55,194 nucleotides of DNA from Pseudomonadota bacterium (GTDB lineage: Bacteria > Pseudomonadota > Gammaproteobacteria > UBA4575), in assembly GCA_039182865.1 (NCBI GenBank), contig JBCDBX010000004.1, positions 1 to 55,194 of the forward strand, in the 5' to 3' direction. A model generated the notes under the pieces. That model was not told where the DNA came from. It worked only from the letters and a program-made list of their open reading frames with translations, and ran no database searches. Of this stretch, positions 23,617 through 32,229 are shown in pieces (within the stretch, counting starts at the first letter, position 1; each line of letters starts with the position of its first letter). The translations under genes were made by a program, and so were the position numbers.

Positions 23617-24357
23617 ATGATTATTATCCCGGCAATTGATATTAAAGAAGGGCGTTGTGTTCGTTTACGCCAAGGGCGTATGGAGGATGAAACAATCTTT
23701 TCAGAGAATCCTATCGAAATGGCTGATAAGTGGATAGAAGCAGGTGCAAAGCGTTTACATATCGTTGATCTAGATGGTGCTACTAGCGGCGCTCCGCGTA
23801 ACTTTGAAATTATTCAAGAAATTGCAGCTAAATATCCAGACATTCCCTTGCAAGTAGGCGGCGGTATTCGCGATGAAGATACTGTTCAAGATTATTTAAA
23901 CTGTGGCGTTCAATATATAATTATCGGCACGCGAGCGGTGACTGCCCCTCATTTTGTTAATGATCTTTGCTTAGAGTTTCCTGGGCATATAATCGTAGGT
24001 CTTGATGCAAAGAATGGAAAAGTCGCAATTGATGGCTGGTCAAAACTTTCACATCATGACGTGATTGATATTGCGCAACACTTTGAAGCAGATGGAGTTG
24101 CCGCCATAGTCTTCACCGACGTTAGTCGCGATGGAATGATGCAAGGTCTAAATGTTGAATCAACAGTAGAGCTTGCTGCAAGCATACATATTCCTGTTAT
24201 AGCCTCGGGTGGTGTGACTGATATTAAGGATATTAAAAATCTATGTGCGACAGATGAGGAAGGTATTGTAGGTGTTATCGTTGGGCGTGCCTTATACGAA
24301 GGTACCATTGATTTAGCAGAAGCGCATAAGATCGCAAGCCAACATATTTCCCAGTAA
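23617..24357 (+). CDS. hisA: ProFAR isomerase
   Basis: [23 protein letters not shown] and IASGGV. Confidence 0.95.
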   Translation: MIIIPAIDIKEGRCVRLRQGRMEDETIFSENPIEMADKWIEAGAKRLHIVDLDGATSGAPRNFEIIQEIAAKYPDIPLQVGGGIRDEDTVQDYLNCGVQYIIIGTRAVTAPHFVNDLCLEFPGHIIVGLDAKNGKVAIDGWSKLSHHDVIDIAQHFEADGVAAIVFTDVSRDGMMQGLNVESTVELAASIHIPVIASGGVTDIKDIKNLCATDEEGIVGVIVGRALYEGTIDLAEAHKIASQHISQ

Positions 24358-24359
24358 CG

Positions 24360-25130
24360 ATGCTTGCTAAAAGAATTATTCCTTGTCTGGATGTCGATGC
24401 TGGGCGTGTTGTTAAGGGTGTTAAGTTTGTCGATATTCGAGATGCAGGCGATCCTGTTGAAATTGCCAAACGATACAATGAGGAAGGTGCTGACGAAATA
24501 ACTTTTCTTGATATAACCGCAAGTTCAGATGAGCGAGATACGATGGCTCATGTCGTCGAAGAAGTTGCCAGACAGGTATTTATCCCGTTAACCGTCGGCG
24601 GAGGTATTCGAAACATCGATAATATTCGCCATATGCTCAAAGCGGGTGCAGATAAGGTAGGCATTAACACGGCTGCCGTCCGTAATCCTGAATTTGTTAA
24701 AGAAGCTGCTAGTAAAGTTGGCTCTCAATGCATCGTTGTTTCAATAGATGCAAAGTGTGTGCTAGCTGAGGGTGATAATAAACGTTGGGAGATATTTACT
24801 CACGGAGGGCGTAATCCCACGGGCATAGATGCTGTGGAATGGGCTTGTAAGATGGCAGACTACGGGGCTGGAGAATTATTGCTGACAAGTATGGATAGGG
24901 ATGGCACAAAATCCGGATTTGATCTGGAGCTTACTAGAACGATTTGTGAATCTGTGACTATACCGGTGATTGCATCGGGGGGCGTTGGAACATTACAGCA
25001 TTTAAGTGAGGGCGTATCGATTGGTAAAGCAGATGCAGTGCTTGCTGCCAGTATATTTCATTTTGGTGAATTTACTGTTAAACAAGCAAAAGACCACATG
25101 CGTCAACAAGGTATTTCCGTACGCACTTAA
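24360..25130 (+). CDS. hisF: imidazole glycerol phosphate synthase, cyclase subunit
   Basis: [17 protein letters not shown] and IASGGVG. Confidence 0.95.
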   Translation: MLAKRIIPCLDVDAGRVVKGVKFVDIRDAGDPVEIAKRYNEEGADEITFLDITASSDERDTMAHVVEEVARQVFIPLTVGGGIRNIDNIRHMLKAGADKVGINTAAVRNPEFVKEAASKVGSQCIVVSIDAKCVLAEGDNKRWEIFTHGGRNPTGIDAVEWACKMADYGAGELLLTSMDRDGTKSGFDLELTRTICESVTIPVIASGGVGTLQHLSEGVSIGKADAVLAASIFHFGEFTVKQAKDHMRQQGISVRT

Positions 25131-25205
25131 ATTCTACGATGTAGATAGCCACCCCCTTTACTGCCTGTGCTATCCTTCCTATCAATAAGTTTCTAAAACT
25201 AATAA

Positions 25206-25532
25206 ATGATGCAGAGCCAAGATACATTTGCTGAGCTTGAGAAAGTGCTGGTGGCACGTAAAACAGCGAAAGCTGATGCCTCTTATGTGGCAAGCCTGTA
25301 TCAAAAAGGTCTTGATCAGATATTAAAAAAGATTGGAGAAGAATCCAGCGAAGTGATTATTGCCTCTAAAGGTAATGATAAAAATGAGTTAGTCAAAGAA
25401 ATGGCTGACCTATGGTTTCACTGTATGGTGTTATTAGTCAATCAAGGCGCTAGCATAAACGATGTACAGATCGAGTTAGATAACCGCTTTGGTATTTCCG
25501 GATTAGAAGAAAAAGCAAGTCGTAAGACTTAA
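25206..25532 (+). CDS. hisE: phosphoribosyl-ATP pyrophosphatase
   Basis: 108 aa. SYVASLYQKGLDQILKKIGEESSEVIIA and EMADLWFHCMVLL are HisE/MazG-like helices. There is no HisI domain attached. Confidence 0.9.
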   Translation: MMQSQDTFAELEKVLVARKTAKADASYVASLYQKGLDQILKKIGEESSEVIIASKGNDKNELVKEMADLWFHCMVLLVNQGASINDVQIELDNRFGISGLEEKASRKT

Positions 25533-25549
25533 AGTGATAGGAGAAAACG

Positions 25550-25723
25550 ATGGGTATTAGCATATGGCAACTTCTTATAATTTTAGCAATTGTTTTGTTG
25601 TTGTTTGGTACTAAGCGCTTAAGAAACATGGGCGGTGATATTGGCGGTGCAATAAAGAATTTCAAAAAGTCAGTTAAGAACGAAGAAACTGAAAATACAC
25701 CGGAGTCGGATAAAGATAAATAA
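25550..25723 (+). CDS. tatA: twin-arginine translocase subunit TatA
   Basis: Not in the ORF track (57 aa). I translated it as [62 protein letters not shown] Shine-Dalgarno lies upstream. Confidence 0.9.
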   Translation: MGISIWQLLIILAIVLLLFGTKRLRNMGGDIGGAIKNFKKSVKNEETENTPESDKDK

Positions 25724-25744
25724 ATCTCAGAATAGATTAATCGC

Positions 25745-26092
25745 ATGTTTGACTTCAGTTTCTGGGAATTTGCAATTGTTCTCGTAGTCGCGCTGCTGGT
25801 TATTGGTCCAGATAAACTTCCTATTGTTGCAGCTAAGGCAGGGAGATGGGTTGGTAAAGCAAAGCGTATGATCTCTTCGGTACGTTCAGATATAGAAGAT
25901 GAATTAAAAGCAGCAGAATTAAAAGAGATGCTTGAAAAACAGCAAGGTGAAATTTCACAGTTAAGAGATATTCTTAACGATACACAAAATGAAATTCTCC
26001 ACGAATCAAAAGAAATAATGGAAGATGTTTCTTCTGCAACTAACTTATCAAAAGATTCAAATGAAAGCTCATCAACGAGCAAACCAAGTTAA
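25745..26092 (+). CDS. tatB: twin-arginine translocase subunit TatB
   Basis: MFDFSFWEFAIVLVVALLVIGPDKLP followed by an amphipathic, acidic tail. Confidence 0.85.
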   Translation: MFDFSFWEFAIVLVVALLVIGPDKLPIVAAKAGRWVGKAKRMISSVRSDIEDELKAAELKEMLEKQQGEISQLRDILNDTQNEILHESKEIMEDVSSATNLSKDSNESSSTSKPS

Positions 26093-26109
26093 TACTAGAT
26101 TCATTTCAG

Positions 26110-26964
26110 ATGTCTGATTCACAAAATCAAGAGAACAAGCAAGAATCTCTCGTTTCTCATCTAGTCGAATTACGCGATCGATTGATTAGAATCGTGTTAG
26201 GCATTTTGGTTGTCTTGTTATGTTTGTTCCCTTTCGCAAATGAAATTTATGCATTTTTGGCAGAGCCATTATTAAGACACTTACCCGAACAAAGCACTAT
26301 GGTAGCCATTGATGTCGCCTCTCCATTTCTAACGCCTTTTAAATTAGTAATGCTATTGTCTGTAGTAATCACTATTCCCTGGATTCTTTATCAACTTTGG
26401 GCTTTCGTGGCTCCTGGACTTTATAAGCATGAAAGAAAGTTTGTCATGCCGCTTATGGTATCTAGTTCTGCTTTGTTCTACTTAGGTATGGTTTTCGCCT
26501 ATTATGTTGTATTTCCATTAGTATTTGGTTTTTTTACCAAAGCCACACCTGATGGCGTTGAAGTGATGACAGATATAAGTCGTTATCTGGATTTTGTCAC
26601 AAAAATGTTTATCGCTTTTGGCGCTGCATTTGAAGTGCCTGTGTTAACGTTTATTTTAGTGATGACCCGTGTGACGACCGTCGAAGCATTATCTAATGCA
26701 CGCCCGTATGTTATTGTCGCCGCCTTCGTAATAGGCATGTTATTAACACCTCCTGATATCATCTCTCAGATATTATTAGCTATCCCAGTATGGTTATTAT
26801 TTGAGTTAGGGTTACTACTGTCACGATATGTGCAAAAACAACCTAATGCGGCTAATGATGCAGGGCGTTTCAGACCCATGACCGAAGAAGAAATGGATCT
26901 TGAGTTAGATGAAATAGAACTGCTTGAAAACAATGACAACACGAGCGATAACGGAAAAAAATAA
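26110..26964 (+). CDS. tatC: twin-arginine translocase subunit TatC
   Basis: 284 aa and six TM helices. LVSHLVELRDRL and LLTPPDIISQ are TatC signatures. Confidence 0.95.
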   Translation: MSDSQNQENKQESLVSHLVELRDRLIRIVLGILVVLLCLFPFANEIYAFLAEPLLRHLPEQSTMVAIDVASPFLTPFKLVMLLSVVITIPWILYQLWAFVAPGLYKHERKFVMPLMVSSSALFYLGMVFAYYVVFPLVFGFFTKATPDGVEVMTDISRYLDFVTKMFIAFGAAFEVPVLTFILVMTRVTTVEALSNARPYVIVAAFVIGMLLTPPDIISQILLAIPVWLLFELGLLLSRYVQKQPNAANDAGRFRPMTEEEMDLELDEIELLENNDNTSDNGKK

Positions 26965-28492
26965 TTCTCAGCAACAACGAGCCATGCTCATCATTTTGGA
27001 TGGCTTTGGAGTCAATTCCGATGGTGAACATAATGCAATAACGCAAGCACACACTCCTCGTCTTGATAAATATTTTTCAACTTATCCATATACAACTTTA
27101 GAAGCTTCTGGTGCTGCAGTAGGGTTGCCTGATGGGCAAATGGGAAACTCGGAGGTAGGCCATATTACCATGGGTTGTGGAAATATCATTCGCCAAGATT
27201 TGGTATTAATTAATGAAGCAATCGTTGATGGTAAATTTTATAAGAATGAAGTGCTACTACGTGCATTAAATTCGGCAAAAGAAAATTCTCGCCCAATCCA
27301 CTTGCTAGGATTAGTGTCTGATGGAGGAGTTCATTCACATATTAATCATCTTAAAGCGTTGCTGAGAATGTGTAAGTTACACGATGTAATTCCTGCCGTG
27401 CATATGATTACAGATGGTCGTGACACAAGCCCCAATAGCGCGTTGAGTTATCTCGAGGGAATAAACGACTTACTAGAAGAAGCGGGCGGTGCGATCCATA
27501 CGGTTATTGGACGTTACTATGCAATGGATAGAGATAAACGATGGGAAAGAACGAAGCTAGCTTGGGATGCATTAATTCTTAATCAGGGTTTATTTGCCAA
27601 CACAGCACGTGATGCCATTAGAACCTCTTATGAAAAAGAAGTAATGGATGAGTTTATCAAACCAACTATCATTGATGAAACAAGTAGAATTCAAACAGGT
27701 GATGAAATAATATTTTTCAATTTTAGAAATGATCGACCAAGGCAATTAGCGGCTGGGCTAGCGGAAAAAGATTTCATCGATTTTGAACGTGATATTTTCA
27801 CACCAATCAGCATGTGCACCATGACAGAATTTGATTCAAGTTTTACTAGCCCAGTTGCATTTCAATCTGAACATCCAAGTACATCACTTGCCCAAGTAGT
27901 CAGCAACTTAGGACTGAAGCAGTTTCACTGTGCCGAAACAGAAAAATATCCCCACGTGACTTTTTTTATTAACGGGGGAAATGAAGTGCTCTACCCAGGC
28001 GAAGATCATGTCATGGTGCCTTCGCCCAAAGTGGCCACATATGACTTAAAACCTGAAATGAGTGCAAAAGAGGTTGCGGATGAAGTTATTAAGGCGATAG
28101 AAAAAAACGACTACAGCCTGATAATTGTCAATTTTGCGAATGGTGATATGGTGGGGCATACCGCTATTCCTGAAGCGATTATTAAGGCATTAGAAGTGAT
28201 GGATAAACAAGTAGGTCGAGTACTTGATAGTGCAGTAGAACATAATGTCAATGTTTTACTAACCTCTGATCATGGTAATTGTGATGAAATGTATGATGCC
28301 TTGACAGGCGATCCCCACACGCAACATACAACTAATCCTGTCCCGTGCATGGTGATTGATAACTCTAGGGATGTTAAATTAAGTGCTGGTAAAGGCTTAA
28401 GTTCAGTTACTCCAACGATATTAGAGCTAATGAGAATTACCAAGCCTGGTAAAATGAAAGCTAGTTCTTTAATTGAAGAGGTCAATGACTAA
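26924..28492 (+). CDS. gpmI: 2,3-bisphosphoglycerate-independent phosphoglycerate mutase
   Basis: LIILDGFG, SEVGHITMG, DGGVHSH, ITDGRDT and NFANGDMVGHT. The start (26924 or 26933) overlaps the tatC 3' end. Confidence 0.93.
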   Translation: MKTMTTRAITEKNNSQQQRAMLIILDGFGVNSDGEHNAITQAHTPRLDKYFSTYPYTTLEASGAAVGLPDGQMGNSEVGHITMGCGNIIRQDLVLINEAIVDGKFYKNEVLLRALNSAKENSRPIHLLGLVSDGGVHSHINHLKALLRMCKLHDVIPAVHMITDGRDTSPNSALSYLEGINDLLEEAGGAIHTVIGRYYAMDRDKRWERTKLAWDALILNQGLFANTARDAIRTSYEKEVMDEFIKPTIIDETSRIQTGDEIIFFNFRNDRPRQLAAGLAEKDFIDFERDIFTPISMCTMTEFDSSFTSPVAFQSEHPSTSLAQVVSNLGLKQFHCAETEKYPHVTFFINGGNEVLYPGEDHVMVPSPKVATYDLKPEMSAKEVADEVIKAIEKNDYSLIIVNFANGDMVGHTAIPEAIIKALEVMDKQVGRVLDSAVEHNVNVLLTSDHGNCDEMYDALTGDPHTQHTTNPVPCMVIDNSRDVKLSAGKGLSSVTPTILELMRITKPGKMKASSLIEEVND

Positions 28493-29302
28493 TTAATCAA
28501 ACGGATTCCACCATTTACCCTTTTTCTTTTCCTCTTCTTCAAGCTCTTCATAAGTTGGTTGTGTTGCAATGTATTCTTCTTGAGTAGGAGGCACATAAGA
28601 ATCGTCTAAAACTTTTGCTACTTCACTATCAAATTCTTCATCGTCTCTTATGTCAGTAGTCGCAGCTAATGTACGCAGTGAAGAGATAACTTCTGCTACT
28701 GAAGAGCTCTTTCGAATAGGTATATTTGTCGTATTTCCAGATTCTTGACTTTCATACTTACGTTGTACTAAGAATTTGAGGTCGGGTGACAACCCTACCC
28801 ATGGATCCTCAACCAAGAATTTTCGTTTTATGTCGCTACTACTGACTGTTACTAACTCTTCTCCAAAAACTAAAAATCTTGATCCCGATCGTTCAACAAT
28901 AAGATCTTTTCGTGCAATTGAAAAAGCAATATCAATGCATTCCTCAATTCGTTGATCTCTTTCGGGTGAATTGCCAGCACGTACACATATGTTGGCGATA
29001 TAGTTGATGCGATCAGGTGTTATATCAATTGAGCGACCTTTTATGCCCCCTCTTAACTTTTCTATTGCTTTACTTTCTTCAACCGAATTGCCTGGGACTA
29101 CACCTTGTTGATAAATCACAACCGGTTTTTGGTAAGGTTCATAAGTTGGAGTCGAGGGTCCCTCATCTTGTGTGCATAGCTCGGTGACTTGGTCAGGGGT
29201 GAAGCCTTTATCCAAATAAAACTCTACCGTATCTGGATCACAGGCGGACCATACACTTTGGCTATATAACACTACGAGAAAAATGGGAATAAACTTCAGC
29301 AT
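28493..29302 (-). CDS. secreted or lipo-protein of unknown function with an acidic C-terminal tail
   Basis: The ATG at 29302 gives MLKFIPIFLVVLYSQSVWSAC..., a signal peptide that may be a lipobox. I recognise no family motif. The track start at 29347 is a TTG. Confidence 0.55.
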   Translation of the reverse strand: MLKFIPIFLVVLYSQSVWSACDPDTVEFYLDKGFTPDQVTELCTQDEGPSTPTYEPYQKPVVIYQQGVVPGNSVEESKAIEKLRGGIKGRSIDITPDRINYIANICVRAGNSPERDQRIEECIDIAFSIARKDLIVERSGSRFLVFGEELVTVSSSDIKRKFLVEDPWVGLSPDLKFLVQRKYESQESGNTTNIPIRKSSSVAEVISSLRTLAATTDIRDDEEFDSEVAKVLDDSYVPPTQEEYIATQPTYEELEEEEKKKGKWWNPFD

Positions 29303-29374
29303 ACAAATTGAAAATAGGAGATTATTTCTAAGACTATGGTAACACAAGATAGTTTTACGAAATTTATAAAAGAC

Positions 29375-29405
29375 AAAAAAACAGGCACCTATAGGTGCCT
29401 GTTTT
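29375..29405 (-). terminator. rho-independent terminator downstream of the porin gene
   Basis: The minus-strand RNA reads AAAACAGGCACC-UAUA-GGUGCCUGUUUUUUU. That is an 8-12 bp stem, a 4-nt loop and a U-run, about 25 nt after the porin stop. Confidence 0.8.
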
Positions 29406-29429
29406 GCGTACTGCTTGAGCTGAACTAGC

Positions 29430-30707
29430 TTAGAACCACTGAACGATACCTAAGGCAATCATATCAATGTCTTCACCAACGCCAGTTCCAACGCCACCAA
29501 TACCGAAGTCGTACTGAGCATTGCTGTCGTTATCAACTTGTGAGTAAGTGACACGAAGCTCTGTTCCAGCTGGCATTGTGTAGAAAGCGCCTAAGTTCCA
29601 CGCTTTACCACCTGTGCTACTGTCTGTAGTACAACCATCACTAACGCTACAATCAAGGTCATCACCATTCATGTATGAAAAGCGGAAGTCAAAACCGTTA
29701 CCAAAAGTTTGCTTACCAGAAATCATCCACGCATCACGCTCAACGTCGATATCAGGTCCGCCATCAGCAACAGCTGTAATTGGGATGGCAACACATCCTT
29801 CCCAGTCATATTCAAGAGCTTCCCACATGCCTGAAATCCATGTGCTCATGCCATTCCCCCACTGGTGAATGTAACGACCCGCTAGGCGATAGGCTTTATC
29901 ATCAGAATCATCACAGCCATTTTGAACAGCGGCCCACTCATCATGAATCTCAAGTCCAGCGGCGAACCATAAGTTACCGCCACTAGCCAATGTGTTTTCA
30001 TAGGCAAGAGCTGTAGACCAGATTCGAGGATCCAATTTATCAGTGCCCGTAGCAGTCGTCACTACGTTGTCACCGTTACCGGCGCTAGCGGTAGTTGCTG
30101 CATTAGTAGTCGCAACTCGGAAGGTGAAGCCATTAAAATTAGGGCTGAAGTATTGAACGATTTCTTCCTGACGACGGTTGAATGCCTGGCTAGGACCAAA
30201 GCTGCCGTTGTAGAAGAAAGCTTGTCCGCCACCCACGTTACCCATGATTGAAGTGTGTGAATCCGCACCCGCGTCATAGAAAGGATCAATCCAGCCTGCA
30301 AACATTTCGTTAAATGGAAGCAACCACTGTGCGAACATGATTTCACCAAACACACCGCTTAGGCTGATTTTACTGTTTCTGTTACAGAAGTCTGAAAAGC
30401 CATTGAAGCGGTTGAAAAAGGTAAACTGTTCACACTGAAAGTTTACTTTTACATGCTCGCCTCCCATGTCTAAACCTGTATCAAGACTTGCGGCAAAACC
30501 GATGTTTGCTGCGTTGTTGTTGATACGCTGAGTTTTACGGTCTTCTGTACCGTCATCAAAGTCGACAAATTCGTATGACCAGTTCTGCCATCCGTAGATC
30601 GTCCAGTTTGAGTTAGCGTTACCGCCGCTTACACCACCTGCCACGGCTGCAATTGGTGCAGCTGCAACGGCTAGTGCCAGGGCCGTTCCTAATAGTTTAA
30701 TTTTCAT
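29430..30707 (-). CDS. outer-membrane porin (Gram-negative porin superfamily)
   Basis: Signal peptide MKIKLLGTALALAVAAAPIAAVA; alternating Gly/aromatic beta-strand pattern; C-terminal ...ALGIVQWF ending in Phe. A strong SD (GAGAGGAG) lies 7 nt before the ATG at 30707. The track start at 30722 lies inside this SD region. Confidence 0.8.
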   Translation of the reverse strand: MKIKLLGTALALAVAAAPIAAVAGGVSGGNANSNWTIYGWQNWSYEFVDFDDGTEDRKTQRINNNAANIGFAASLDTGLDMGGEHVKVNFQCEQFTFFNRFNGFSDFCNRNSKISLSGVFGEIMFAQWLLPFNEMFAGWIDPFYDAGADSHTSIMGNVGGGQAFFYNGSFGPSQAFNRRQEEIVQYFSPNFNGFTFRVATTNAATTASAGNGDNVVTTATGTDKLDPRIWSTALAYENTLASGGNLWFAAGLEIHDEWAAVQNGCDDSDDKAYRLAGRYIHQWGNGMSTWISGMWEALEYDWEGCVAIPITAVADGGPDIDVERDAWMISGKQTFGNGFDFRFSYMNGDDLDCSVSDGCTTDSSTGGKAWNLGAFYTMPAGTELRVTYSQVDNDSNAQYDFGIGGVGTGVGEDIDMIALGIVQWF

Positions 30708-30907
30708 TGAGACTCCTCTCATATATAAAGTTAAAAGTACTCGAGTAATTTACTTGGTACGAAAGTAGAAGATATTATTATTCCTCTAACATCACTTTTC
30801 GAAATACGTCAGAGATTTTTTTAATGTCCTTAGTGCTAATACTGGTTAATGCTAACGTCTGATTAACACACTCTTTCATATTCAAGCGTTGCGATCGTAC
30901 CACAGTA

Positions 30908-30987
30908 TTTTTAAGCCTAGCCAACTAAATTTACCTTTTTGTTGCATGAAAACAACAGATATTTGAATAAAATACCAGGCTTAAAAA
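30908..30987. repeat. imperfect 13-bp inverted repeat (12/13) enclosing 54 nt with a nested small hairpin
   Basis: TTTTTAAGCCTAG (30908..30920) pairs with CCAGGCTTAAAAA (30975..30987). The inner stem TGTTG/CAACA is at 30940..30957. The repeat lies within the ORF-free porin upstream region. Confidence 0.4.
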
Positions 30988-31365
30988 TTTACATAAAAAC
31001 AGTAATTAAGATCTAATATCTACAAATATACACAAATTATGCTTAGTAAATTTGCAATTCATGATTTTCAGGTGTGTGGTTTTTTAGCAACAAGACACTT
31101 GTGATCTCAGATTATATTGGGAAGTCTTGCTTTATCTATCATAAGTAATTGTTATTACAAGGATTAATGTCATCGGTAAATACAAGCGTTTGGTCTTAGT
31201 GCCTATTAACAAGCGCGAGCGTGTTGATTATATTGTGCTGGCCTATGACTAATTAGCAAAATAATAATGACATTAAACTTAGTGATTGCCCTCATAATCC
31301 TTATTTTAAGCGGGGGCTGGACAATAATTGGACTAATAAAGCGTCACTGAGGCAAGGCGCTAAAA

Positions 31366-31758
31366 CTAATTTAAGTCCTTCTTGTTAACAAATTGAACTG
31401 TATTTTGCTCTACAAACTCTTGGTCATATATTAACCGAATTGTATAATGGTCGTCGTGGGTAGTGGCTCTCACTTGTTTAAGTTCGGTAAATCGAGTGGC
31501 TAAGAAGCTACAGCAAAGTGACATTATTGACTCATTATCATTAATCAAAGCACCAATAAGCATATTAGCGATGTAAGTGGCTTTATCTTTCTCAGAAGGC
31601 TGGCTCATCAACTGACCACTAATTTCAAACCCTAGCGCAAGTTTGGAATCAATCTTTATTAAATCTTCTGTCTGTTTTTTACTTAAAGGCCGATTACGAA
31701 AATACTCTAACTCTTTATTAGAGTTGAGTACGACAACTAAGCTCGATTCATCATCCAT
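31366..31758 (-). CDS. hypothetical cytoplasmic protein (130 aa), second gene of a two-gene unit
   Basis: Intact ORF 11 bp downstream of the 146-aa ORF, with no signal peptide or TM helix. I recognise no motif. Confidence 0.55.
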   Translation of the reverse strand: MDDESSLVVVLNSNKELEYFRNRPLSKKQTEDLIKIDSKLALGFEISGQLMSQPSEKDKATYIANMLIGALINDNESIMSLCCSFLATRFTELKQVRATTHDDHYTIRLIYDQEFVEQNTVQFVNKKDLN

Positions 31759-31769
31759 TTTATGCAGAG

Positions 31770-32210
31770 TTAATATTGTAAGTTCGAATGTAGTATCTCT
31801 AATCGCATTTCTCTTAAAACTTCTATCATCAAATCCGGGATATCTAAAGTTGTATTAAGCTCCCATAATGATGCTAGTGATATCAACTTATCAACGGCTG
31901 AAGTATTATTATTTCTAGTATCAAAGTTACACATATTTATTTCTAATAACAATGAAAGACTATCTTGAAAGCGCTGAGGTAATGAAATATGTGAAGTTAA
32001 TTTATTCTCTATGTATTTTAAGCTTATGCACTTAATAGCTGCGTAATAATATGAGCCTGACTCAGAGTGCTCAAAATCAAATTCGGGCGAATAAAATTGT
32101 TTTAGTCTTTGTATATAAAGGGTGATGAGTTTACGGTCGTTAGGATTACAATAAATGAGCTCTTCAAGAATTTGTAGTGACTCTTCGAGTTGTAGGATGT
32201 CAGGATCCAT
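31770..32210 (-). CDS. hypothetical cytoplasmic protein (146 aa)
   Basis: Intact ORF that reads as predominantly helical, with no signal peptide or TM helix. I recognise no motif. Confidence 0.55.
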   Translation of the reverse strand: MDPDILQLEESLQILEELIYCNPNDRKLITLYIQRLKQFYSPEFDFEHSESGSYYYAAIKCISLKYIENKLTSHISLPQRFQDSLSLLLEINMCNFDTRNNNTSAVDKLISLASLWELNTTLDIPDLMIEVLREMRLEILHSNLQY

Positions 32211-32229
32211 CAGAATTATTTATTAGAAT

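Noticed and set aside
25450-26082. A 210-codon ORF antisense to the hisE 3' end, tatA and tatB, which is long for an AT-rich genome.
   Set aside because: The product is Ser/Ile/Phe-rich low-complexity sequence, typical of antisense translation. In this antisense frame a stop needs a sense codon starting TA or CA preceded by a pyrimidine-ending codon, and tatA/tatB have few Tyr, His or Gln codons. The sense genes are unambiguous. This is a composition artefact.
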